Below are positions 38,201 through 49,700 of a stretch of 64,000 nt of DNA, in pieces. The stretch is from Haliotis rufescens (lineage: Eukaryota). The position numbers and the translations under genes are program-made. Position 1 is the first letter of the stretch; every line of letters starts with the position of its first letter. Below the pieces are notes generated by a model that saw only the letters and a list, made by a program, of their open reading frames with translations, was not told the DNA's origin and made no database searches. The stretch lies in contig NW_025963879.1 of NCBI RefSeq assembly GCF_023055435.1, positions 14,818,001 through 14,882,000 of the forward strand. Direction: 5' to 3'.

Positions 38201-41200
38201 TGCGTTTGCGGGTGTATATACGCTCGCATCCTACTGGATCCGATAGTGTTGTTAACCTAAGTTCGGGAGCGTAACTTTCATCCATATGAATAATTATATA
38301 ATGCATAATAATGTTAACGAGGGGTTCAATGAGCCCAAGTGTTTGCCTTGCATAAACTTCTATTCTGTTCAGTTCTGTTCTGTTCTGTTCTATAAAGTAT
38401 TTTATGTAATTTCATTTATTTGAGTTCATTTATTAAAAAACAATTTTGTGTTATTATTAAGGGAGTATTAAGTATTACGTCCATCAACATTTTCTTGTCT
38501 TAATACAAGACACATCTACGTGCTGTGGACTAAATGAGTGAATTATTGCTGATTTGTTATACAACTACATAAACATGACATTGTACTAAGAACCTTAAGC
38601 CGTACAACAAATTGAACGCATGAGAGAAAATGAAAGTGAGAAAGAATAGAACCACAGCAGAAGTAAGAAGAATTTCATATGTTATATGTCACTTATCTTT
38701 TTTCAGATTATGGACTGGATGAAGGACATCGTTTCTCAGTATTCTGAAATAGCTCAGCTGTTCCCTATCACTGAGTCATTTGAAGGCCGCCAGCTGAATG
38801 GAATCAAGGTGATACCTGACGGGACACACACAGCGCTGACGTATTTCTCATTATACTGGGACCGCCTCCGTGGTCTAATGGTAGAGCGTCCGCCCGGAGA
38901 GCGGAAGGTCCGGGGTTCGATCCCCAGCCGCGTCATACCAAAAGACGTTAAAAGATGGTACTTGTAGTTACCCTGTCTGGCGCTCGGCATTAAGGGGCTA
39001 AAACAAGGACTGGTCGGCTCGGAGTCAGTATACTTTGTCTGAGTGGGGTATTCATGTTAAACTGCGGCATGGTATCTCAGTGTGCTAGCACTATAAATCG
39101 GCATCAGTCCGGACTAGTACAAGCAGCCACACACCCATACACGTGCATGCACGTCGCTATATAAGTGCAATAATCTTGGACGCGACGTTAAACCCCATAT
39201 CACCTCACCTCACCTCTCATTATACTGCTTGATAGGGATAGCGGCAAAAGAAAATACTTTTGAAAGAACACGTTCCATTAAACATGCGTTCTTAACCTAC
39301 ACCCCTACATCACATCTAAATATAGTACGGGATAACACAATACATTTTAGTGAGTGGGTATGATTTTATGTCGCAATCAGCAATATTCCAGCAATTTAAC
39401 GGCAAGGTACCCCAGAATTGAGCTCCGCACATTGGACCTATATGGGGAACCGAACCCGGGCCTTGGGCGTGACGAGAGAATGTTTTAACCACTAGACTAT
39501 CCCACTGCCCCTTTGGGGGATTAATTGTTTGAATGGTTCATATGCATACTCTTTACAATGTGATTTATTGTGAAATGACAATTTGCGATGTTCTGCTGAA
39601 CTAGGGTTATATAATCTATTATTACGAAACTCAATTATAGGAGCCACTGTGTTTTCGCACAATAATTGAGTTCTAAAAATATAATAAGTTGTCGTCTAAA
39701 GAAGGGAATTCCAATGCTCTGAAATTAGGTCACGTGTCACATAAAGTCTTCATTCCTTTGGGTATCGCTCGATTGCGTCCTTAGTTTGACATACTGTTTG
39801 ATACTGTTTGATCAACAAATGTTTAGATTTCAGTGGACCCTCGTCCAGGAAAACCAGGAATATGGCTGGAGGGCGGTATCCATGCCAGAGAGTGGATCTC
39901 ACCTGCCACAGTAATTTACATGACAGGACAGGTACGTATACGCACAATCTGATGTATTTTACACACATGTAATACCAGAATATCTGGGAATGTCAGATGT
40001 TTATAAACAGGTAACATTGGAAGCTACTGTTTGACCATACCTAGGCATGTAATTTAAGCATTGAGGTACATATTCGTTGTGCCCCGTATTAAGGTTGAAA
40101 CGCATCCGGCTACTCGTCTACGTGTTATTAATCTACTAGTAACACGGTAAAACGTTAACATCGTCGAGGTAAACCGTTACTCTTGTTAAGGTATAACGTT
40201 ACACTCGTACAAGTAAAACGTTATTCTCGTCCAGGTAAACGTTACTCTTGTTAAGGTATAACGTTACACTCGTACAAGTAAAACGTTACTCTCGTCCAGG
40301 TAAACGTTACTCTCGTCCAGGTAAACGTTACTCTCGTCCAGGTAAAACGTTACTTTCGTCCAGGTCAAACGTTACTCTCGTCCAGGTAAACGTTACTCTC
40401 GTCCAGGTAAAAAAAGTTACTTTCGTCCAGGTCAAACGTTACTTTCGTCCAGGTAAAAAGTTACTCTTGTTGAGGTATACTCTATCTACTCGGTGTAGAT
40501 TCTAATACCGTCATCAACTGCTAATTGCAATATACATCTACATCCTCACTACACCTGATGTAAGGTAATGTAATGTAATGTTATGTAATGTAATGTAATC
40601 TAATATGGTGTAATGCAATGACAAGAAATGTACAGTAATGGAGAGCTCACGTCTGTGTCAATCTTGCAACAGTTTCTGGAGCAAAATGGGAAAGACCCGA
40701 ATGTGACGGCAGCTCTCAAAGCCTTTGACGTTTACATCGTCCCCGTTTTCAACATCGACGGCTATGAATACACCCGGAAAACAGTAAGTTACGTATACAC
40801 GTTCCACCGAGGCGATACTGCTACTAAAGCATTTGTGATAACGAGAAGAATATCCTAACAATTTTGACCCATTGTCAAAACTTACACAACTATTAAGTTC
40901 TAAACATGATAAAATTTACATGTTTGTTAACAATATTTATTTGAAGAGACAACATGATTTAAACGCACTGTTAAGAAACACCAACAGAATGACCATTCAA
41001 GACGGGCTCGCCTTGTAGGACATGTCACCTGTTTCACGAACATCCGTTGTCGTCACCAAATCATTAAATTATAAATTAGATATTTTCTTTGGATTTTGTT
41101 TATTATTCTATGGCTACCTATAACACGCTGGCATTATTTGATGAAACAAAAAACACAACTTTTTAGGACCGTATGTGGAGGAAGACGAGGAGCAAGCGTG

Positions 41201-44200
41201 ACGGTCAGAGATGTGTGGGTGTGGACCCCAACAGAAACTGGGACTTTCACTGGTGCGGTAGGTTCTGTGTTATACACTGACGCTGGTTCGTGTGTGTCGA
41301 TAGATGACTACAAGCAGCCAAGGGAAGACTGTACAGAAGAGAATACATGAATTCCGTATTGATTATTTAAGACCGATATTCTTACTTGGTTAAATGTAGG
41401 CAGCAATAATGGCCTTATATTGATTGTCTTTTTATTCTATTGATATGGAACAAATTGGAAATTTACTATGGTAATTATGTCAATACATGTATAAGTGACC
41501 CACCAGAAGAAAGGGGACATTATTGGTGAAAAATCACATTACCACTTATCATTGTATTTTAAAAGGAAAGTATCTTAGGAACACAAAAATACAATTCACA
41601 AGTTTCAGAGATATATGGCATCAACTTTTGGACTCATTTTCTGCAAAGTCCCATTTTCAGACTTATTACTGTTTAGGTAATAATTGCAGTTTTTAGATAT
41701 AATGTCTGATTAATTGAACGTAGACATGAATGCTGCAATGTTTTGAAATAATGTTTTTATTACATTACGAACAAACGAGAGAAAAATAACTATTTTTGTA
41801 CATTTTTTACGGAAGTAAGTTGACGTCAAACGTCTTTCTTTATAACGTCACAGCAGAATTGTTTCGAAGCAGTCATAAGGTCCCTTTTCTCTTTGTGGTC
41901 ACATATTTTTATAACGGATAATCCAGTCATCTAAGGCGCCGTAAAGCAGAAACGTGTCCCTCAAGCGTTCCAGAAACCCATGATCGTGGTTTCTTACCCT
42001 ACAGGGAGCCTGATTAAATGTATGGGTTTGTTAACAACATACCCGTGCTCTTTGGTGTTAACAGGTTGTACACATCGAAGCATCACTTCGAGCTTTCCTC
42101 CCTTTAATCTGACACGCCGTGGTAAAACTGAAATGCTGTTCCAAGCGGCTTCACACCAAACTCATCCACTTACTCATTTATCTCATCATCTTTCAGCCCT
42201 GCCAGGTGCGAGCACGGACCCCTGCTCCGAGTCCTACTGTGGACCATCAGCGTTCTCTGAGAAGGTGGTCAGCGGTGTCGCCGACTACATACAGAACAAA
42301 ACCATCAACGTCGTTGGTTTCATTGACTTCCACAGCTACTCTCAGTTATGGATGACTCCATGGGGATATACCAAGGCATTGCCTAAAGATGCTGATGCTC
42401 AGGTGCGCCACTGTCTATATTGCTATGCTTTGTACGTTTTATATAGGTTATAAGGTGAATGCGGCATCAAGTATCCCACCGTGCCCATCCAAAAGGCAAA
42501 TAAGATTGGCTAATATGACAATTATCTGGTGTAGGATGCATATCACTACATGATACAATATATCCGTCAGTTCTAAGCGTGTTCGTTATAAACGTAGGGG
42601 GAAAGGGTGGCCCAGTCGTCTAAGGCGCCGCGATTCGCTGTGCAGAGTTGCGTCCCCTGGGCATGCCAGAAACCTATGATTGTGGGTTCGAATCCCGGTT
42701 CGGCCTGATTATGTTTCTAGGTTTGTCAGCAAACGTCTGTGACCTGCATCACTTCGGGCTTTCCTCCAACATTCAGCTGACACGCCGTGATATAACTGGA
42801 ATACTGTTAAAAGCGGCGCTAAACCCAACTCACACTCTGCCAACTTAATTTTCCTGAGTTTTCTTGACTTACAGTATAGACATCTAGAATATGTTAAACT
42901 CGTTCCTCACTCACACACACTCTCACTCACACTAATGCGAATTTTACTTAGGCTTCAAAATGGGTTTTCGGATATCAGAACTCGAACAAGTGGACGTTTT
43001 GCGAAATGTGACAATTGTATGGAGGCTCAAGAGTACACATCACAGATACAGACCCAATCCTGTTAATCTAATTACTGTCCATAAATAGTTTGTTTGACTA
43101 TATTAATGAGAATGCACAAAAGGCATATACTTTAGTACAAATACAGAAACTGATGGAATACCACTCATATTCTCGCTGTTTCGAACCATTAAAGGAAATG
43201 CAATGACATTTGTCAAAAAGTAATGAATGAATGCTGTTCAATAATAGTAAGAATAACCAGGCTGTTCGCCTATTGCTGATGCTGTATACATGTAGTGGGT
43301 GTAATTTCGTTTGTCTGCCATTCCGTTGCCGGTTCGACAGTTGGATGCAACTGATTCATATTTTTTATGTAACCATGTGCTGTCCGTGTGCGTGTATTGA
43401 CAAACTGCCATGCCTTGCCTATGATGATGAACTAACTGACATTAAATTATCTTGAATGACCACGGAAGATTCGTCGTCTTCTTTTCAACATTCAAGTTTT
43501 GCAGCACACATGCAAACAGTATTCATACCACAGCGAACACTTTATAACAGTAACTGCAACTTTATCAAAGAGGAATTACCATTTAGTTGTTATTATATTA
43601 ATGTATTAATAATTGTAGATTTTTTTATTTCTCCTTAGGTGCTATGATTTAAGTCATTGTTATGGTAGATATGTATTCTACCATAAGTCATCCGTAACCT
43701 TAGTAACCACCATTGAATGATATGAGATCATAGTAAATCTGACTTTGGCATCTTTTCACTCCAGGACGTGACGTCGGCTGCTGCAGTGGGTGCCATTGAG
43801 TCGGTCCATGGTACCAAATACAAATACGGTTCTATTGCCAACATAATATGTACGTACATTAACATCTATTAACGTACGAGTGGATATACCGTATTCGACG
43901 TAACAAGCGCCCACGGCGATATTTGCTGATATATTGGCTTGTGAACAATCCCAATTAGCACCCCTTCCGATTGATCAATGTACACAAGACCTATATATTC
44001 GCGTATAATACGCACTCGTGTGTTATATGCACCCTTAATTATGGGCAATTATATTCTGGAAAAATATATCAGTCGTATATAAACATTTCAGGCTGTCAGC
44101 GTAAACCAGGAAATTTTATCTTTCAACATCTTTCTAATAAGAGACCCCTTTTTCTAATTTTGATGGGGCGGTCGGGTAGCCTAATGGTTAAAGCGTTCGC

Positions 44201-44826
44201 TCTTCACGCCGAAGACCCGGGTTCGATTCCCGACATGGGTACAATGTGTGAAGCCCCGCCGTGATATTGCTGGAATATTGCTAAAAGCGGCGTAAAACCA
44301 TACTCACTCACTCATTCTAATTTTGATCGCGCCCTGGGCGCTTATATCGTCGAATACGGTATATGCGTTATTTTAACTATTTTATAAAGGATTCTTAATA
44401 TGTTAAGGTGAATTTGAGTTATATGATTATCATTATTCATTATATCTGACCTGTGTATTATTGATACGTCCCATGACAAGGTAATTACTTTCGGTGGGAT
44501 TCATGGACTCAATATAGGTCTCTACCATTCATGGCCGCCATAAGAGGCGACGAGATTCAAGATCGAGTTATTACAATACGTGATATTTATCAATATATAG
44601 TTTGTTGAAATGATCACACGATTTCTCCCTTTTGCCAGATGTGGCTACCGGAAGTAGTGCTGACTGGACATACGGCGGGGCCAACATTGAGTACTCTGTC
44701 GGAGTTGAACTGCGTGACACAGGAAAATATGGATTTCTGCTTCCGCCAGACCAAATAGTTCCCTCAGGACAGGAGACACTGGCGGGCGTGCTGGCGTTTA
44801 TGAGTAGCATTAATATGTCAAAATAA
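35260..44826 (+). CDS. Zinc carboxypeptidase A/B-like preproenzyme (M14A), 418 aa. Exons 35260-35327, 35909-35993, 37090-37305, 38707-38808, 39827-39931, 40673-40783, 41167-41257, 42197-42402, 43765-43849, 44639-44826
   Basis: Signal peptide [16 protein letters not shown], then a pro-domain. Motifs GIHAREW (H69/E72), MWRKTR (R127), DPNRNW (N144/R145), DFHSYSQ (H196), [11 protein letters not shown] (Y248) and VELRD (E270). All introns are GT-AG and exon lengths sum to 1257 nt in frame. Confidence 0.95.
35655..35868 (+). mobile_element. SINE family A, degenerate
   Basis: gcgtgccagaaacc..tatgtttctag..gtcagcac..ctttcc..aagctga..(ACTC)n. Confidence 0.7.
36035..36275 (-). mobile_element. Penelope pLTR/3' UTR fragment in CPA(+) intron 2
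   Basis: Reverse complement aligns by eye with 63352-63535 (agctggctt..tttgcccattg..tccattacctat..gataacttaagt.ctggc..actgtaaagtgtt..ttcccttgttagtttc). Confidence 0.75.
37345..37560 (+). mobile_element. SINE family A, 5'-truncated
   Basis: Near identity to the family A body and tail. Confidence 0.88.
37607..38070 (+). mobile_element. SINE family C spanning an assembly gap
   Basis: Family C head before the Ns and tail after; flanking repeat cagaacccaatgga. Confidence 0.8.
38859..39214 (+). mobile_element. SINE family C (tRNA head, Meta/Deu-like central body), full length
   Basis: A/B boxes; gtcataccaaaagacgttaaaa..ggactggtcggctcggagtcag..tcagtgtgctagcactataaa; (CACCT)n tail; TSD TCTCATTATACTG. 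Confidence 0.88.
39349..39511 (-). mobile_element. SINE family B, degenerate
   Basis: Reverse complement of family B. Confidence 0.75.
40150..40480. repeat. Minisatellite, ~21-22-bp unit (gtaaacgttactctcgtccag)
   Basis: Visible tandem units in CPA(+) intron 5. Confidence 0.9.
41492..41905. mobile_element. TIR MITE family E (ends TATGTGACC-like)
   Basis: Ends gtgacccaccagaagaaaggggac / gtcccttttctctttgtggtcacata; related copies at 47172-47592 and 57400-57570. Confidence 0.75.
41920..42176 (+). mobile_element. SINE family A, degenerate
   Basis: cagtcatctaaggcgccg..ccagaaacc..catacccgtgctc..ctgacacgccgtg. Confidence 0.72.
42598..42836 (+). mobile_element. SINE family A with internal deletion
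   Basis: Family A head and tail; the accatacc..gtggt segment is missing. Confidence 0.88.
43889..44359. mobile_element. Tc1/mariner-pogo type MITE
   Basis: TIRs CCGTATTCGACG..AAGCGCCCA / TGGGCGCTT..CGTCGAATACGG flanked by TA. Confidence 0.85.
44165..44314 (+). mobile_element. SINE family B nested in a Tc1/pogo MITE
   Basis: TSD TTCTAATTTTGAT at 44152-44164 and 44315-44327. Confidence 0.9.
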
Positions 44827-44934
44827 ATTGAGTTCCTTGTTATGTTGAGACGATCGCTTGTTGTCTTTGATTTGTAGCAGGATACCACACAATAAATCAT
44901 AGTCGGAAGTGTATTATGCAAACACAACATTTAG

Positions 44935-45135
44935 GTGAGGTGCAATAGGTATATGAGTGGCGATTTGTACTAGTCCGGACGTTTGCCCACTTACAGAGCT
45001 AGTTAGAGACAGTATACTGAATCCCGGCCGCCCAAGACCATATTAAGCATATTTTGGTATGACGCGACCAGGGGATCGAACTACTGACCGTCCGCTCTCC
45101 TGGCAGACGCTCTTTCACTTGACCACGGGGCGGTC
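44935..45135 (-). mobile_element. SINE family C, deleted and degenerate
   Basis: tactagtccggac..ttttggtatgacgcg..gggatcgaac..accacggggcggtc. Confidence 0.7.
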
Positions 45136-45739
45136 TTTAGATTGAGAAATATATTAGATAATTGTGATATATAATTTTGCTATCACGTCGGGATATTAAT
45201 TTAGCAGACAGTGATTCAGAATGATACATGAATTACACGATAACATTACTAACATTATATCTGTCTATTGTTGAAGACTATATATCTCAGTGGCTCGTAT
45301 ACGATGATATAATAATTGTACTCCGACTGTCTTGAACAATCATGCCCAGGATTTATTTATCGGAACAATATATACATATTTGAACAGGACGCGACTGAAT
45401 GGATTCTTTTGCATATACCAGTTCTAAATCTACCATGTCAAATTGAACACACGGCTTTGTTTTAATCTTTCATTTCAACTCAAACACTTCTACCATTATT
45501 GTATCACTATATCCATTTAAAGTTCCCATCGTCGTTGTCTCGCAGCTCCTAGGTTAAATTTGCAATGTAAAGCAGTATTTGAGAACTCGCATACTTAACT
45601 GTTCTGGCAACGGTGAAACAGGTCTTCTCATTGCTAAAGGTGATCTGGGCCAATGCTAGTAGGAATCCATATTTGAAATAGTTTCATGCACGTGCCTGTC
45701 ACATGACACTAAATAACGCAACCAGGCGCCAGTTTGAAC

Positions 45740-45958
45740 AGCATTCCAGTTATATCACGGCGAGTCAGCTTGATGTGGGAGGAACGCCCAAAGTGATGCA
45801 GGTCTCATCTTTGGTTAAAGCCACGAGGGTACGGGTATGCTGTTGAGAAACCTAGAAGCATCTTCGGGGTGAACCGGGATTCGATTTTTGTTTCTGGCGT
45901 GCCCAAGGGACGCAACTCTGCACAGCAAACTCAGACGACTGGGTCCCCCTGACACCCA
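45740..45958 (-). mobile_element. SINE family A
   Basis: Reverse complement of the family A head and body. Confidence 0.8.
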
Positions 45959-45965
45959 TTGTTAA

Positions 45966-46323
45966 TGAGGTGAGGTTAAAGGGGTTTAACGTCGCGTCCA
46001 AGATTATTGCACTTATATAGCGAAGTTCATGCACAAGTGTATGGCGTGTGTGTGGCTTCTTGGACTAGTCCGGACTGATGCCGAAAGTATAATGCTAGCC
46101 CACTGAGATTTCAGCCGCAGTTTAACATGAAAAACCAACTCAGACACAGTTTTCTGACTCCGAGCCGACCAGTCCTTGTTTTTGCCCTTTATGCTGAGCG
46201 CACCAGACAGGGTAACAACAAGTACTATCCTTTCAACGTCTTTTGACATAACGCGGCCGGGGATCAACCCCGGACCTTCCGCTCTCCGGGCGGACACTCT
46301 ACCATTAGACCACGGAGGAGGTC
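45966..46323 (-). mobile_element. SINE family C, full length
   Basis: Reverse complement of 38859-39214. Confidence 0.88.
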
Positions 46324-46721
46324 ATTTGCTGATGAACCGTATTGTTAACCTGTTTCTGCCTGGTTTTGCTTGAATTCAAAGTGTATACTTATTTTCGGTT
46401 AAACATTCAATAACACATAACTGTAATATCAACTTAATGGGGTCCTGATATGTTGCTGCCTGGGGTATTTATGTAGATAAAGTAATATACCGTGTGATCA
46501 GATCTTTGAAGGACAAGAGCAATTGCAATTGGTGAGGCAACAATTAATCTCAAATATTCATTGCCCTTATACCAACAGTGAACAGCGATGGTCATGTGGC
46601 TACTGAAGATATAATGTGCTACTTTATACCAGTGGAGGATTCTAATTTTATGCGTTGGATTTCGCAAATAATTAATGCTACACATTTCGTAGTTTTACTA
46701 TTGGGTCATTTGTTTTTCACA

Positions 46722-49700
46722 TCAGTTGTCAAGCACATATTTAGCATAGGCGAGGAACCCTTCCAGCGTCTCCTCCCCACACGGGATGATCTGGTCAGCT
46801 GGCAGGAGGAAACCAAACTGGCCCTTGTCCCTCAGCTCGGGGGTGGCAGCGTACTTGATGCCCATGCTGCCATACGCCCAGTCCACGGCGTTGCCGTTGG
46901 CGATATCTGGAACCCGTTATATTAGTAAATAGGATGTTACAACACTAAAATATGTTTATCAGTCTGTGTCCATTACAGATGTTTGTTTGTATACCGTGTG
47001 CATTACAAAGCAGTTTACAAATACAGTTTGGTCTTTGACTATCTACATGTTTATAAAGAGCGACTGTTGTACAGCTACATTGTCGGGCAGATGCTTGTTA
47101 TGGATAAAACGACTTTTATTTGGAAATGTTGTAACATATTCAAGGGTGGAATGACTTTATTCCATAATACCATATGTGAGCCACAAAGAGAAAGGGGGTC
47201 TTATGGGCGCAAGGATACAATTGTGCTGTGACGTCATAAATAGGGACGTTTGACGTCAACTTACTTCTGTAAAAAGTGGCCATTTGTGCGGACTGTACAA
47301 AAATATCTTATTTTGCTCTCGTTTTTTCGTAATGTAATAAAAACACTCTTTCAAAACATTTCAGCATACGTCTCTTTTCTTTAAAACTGCAATCATTACA
47401 TAAACAGCTATAAGTCTGAAAATGTTGCTTTGCAGAAAATAAGTCTAAATGTTTGATGTATATCTGTAATAAATATGAATTGAAATTAATGATTTTTTTA
47501 TGGTCCTAAGATACTGTAATTTTATTATATAATTAGAAGTCAAAATGTGATGGTTCACCCATAAGGTCCCTTATCCTATGGTTGGTCACATGTATTATTA
47601 CAAACAATGTACAGAATATTCCACATTCGAATCCAAAGGAATCCAAAATAACCTTAACTTAGTTCCAAACAATCCAACGCAGCCTGTTGTTGTTCAACTT
47701 GATCCACAGACTAAATCGATTTTGCATAATCTTTTGAAGAAGTCACTCAACGCTTTGAGATTTAGGAAATGGCATTCATTCCAGGACCTGAAGATCCGGA
47801 GTAGAATAGGTCTTCGCAACCCATGCTTGCAATACAAGGCGGCTATGCTTGTCGTAAGAGGCGACTAACGGGATCGGGTGGTCAGGCTCGCTGACTTGGT
47901 TGATGCATGTCATCGTATTCCGATTGCGTAGATCGATGATCCTGATGTCAATCACTGGAATGTCTCGTACAGACTCGATTATTTACAGACCGCGGTCATA
48001 TAGCCGGAATATTGCTGAGTGCAGCGTTAAACAACAAACAAACAAACAAAACTATTCATTCCAGGCGTGGAAATAGAGCCTTTTCGTCAAGTGAAAGTTA
48101 AGTCTCCCACACTATTTCAATGATACATTTGGAGAATTTTGAAATTTTACCTTTTCTAAACATATTGCACGGCGCTTCAGCAGGACGTTTTCATGATACA
48201 CTTATAAGAATAACACAAGAGCAGAAGGCTTGATAATACGTTCCCCAGTGAAGAGACCGGGACTGAACAGGTCCAAAGCAACCTTGGCTTGTGCAAGACG
48301 ACCTACTGGATCGTGTGGTCAGCCACGGTGACTTGGTTGATTGCATGTCATCGTACCCGACTGTACTGGGTGGATGTGTCTCAGTTCGGCGTTAAACAAT
48401 ACACACAAATAGCATGTCATTTCTACTTACACAAAACGCTGGCAATGGCTCCATGTTCATAGGTGGTTCCATGCACAGCCTTGATGGCAGCCGTGGCAGC
48501 AGCGGAAGACGCGTCCTGAAAATTGCCAGGACACAGAACATGCATTTTCCTAAGTTGATATTCTGTATGTATTGTATCTATGTCCATCTTGCTTATATAT
48601 TGCCCTTGGATGTTTGTCCACGATGTTAGCAAATTAGATATGAATTATGTTATGCAATGCCGTTCCGAAAAGATGGTTATGTAGGTACTGCAAGATATTC
48701 GTGATTTCGTTTATAGTTTTAAAGGTTTTAATTCGTTTTTCGGAGACTCCAATAAACAGAGGGAACACAGTAGCGCAATACTAGATCCAATAGTTTTCAA
48801 GAATATCAATATTACTGATACCCTTTCCTACACGATACTGGATCCATAATGGATCGGGAAAATCAGGATTACTGGTATCCTTCCCAATACAATACTGGAT
48901 CCGGAAATGATAGGGAAACAAAGTTTACAATTAGCCTTCCCTGCACAATACTGGTCAATAAATGATCGGGAAAATCACGTTTACTAGTAGCCTTCACGAC
49001 TTAATACAGGACCATAAAGAATGGGGAAAATCACGTTTACTAGTAGCCTACACTACACAATACAGGATCATAAAGGATCGGGAAAATCAAGTTTACCAGT
49101 AGCCTACACTACACAATACAGGACCATAAAGGATCGGGAAAATCAAGTTTACTAGTAGCCTACACTGCACAATACATGACCATAAAGGATCGGGAAAATA
49201 AAGTTTCCCTAGTAGCCTACACTACACAATACAGGACCATAAAGGATGGAAAAATCACGTTTACTAGTAGCCTACACTACACAATACATGACCATAAAGG
49301 ATCGGGAAAATAAAGTTTCCCTAGTAGCCTACACTACACAATACAGGACCATAAAGGATGGAAAAATCACGTTTACTAGTAGCCTACACTACACAATACA
49401 TGACCATAAAGGATCGGGAAAATCACGTTTACTAGTAGCCTACACTACACAATACAGGACCATAAAGGATAGGGAAAATCAAGTTTACCTAGTAGCCTAC
49501 ACTACACAATACAGGACCATAAAGGATAGGGAAAATCAAGTTTACCAGTAGCCTACACTGCACAATGCAGGACCATAAAGGATCGGGAAAATCACGTTTA
49601 CTAGTAGCCTACACTACACAATACATGACCATAAAGGATGGGGAAAATCAAGTTTACTAATAGCCTACACTGCACAATACAGGACCATAAAGGATGGGGA

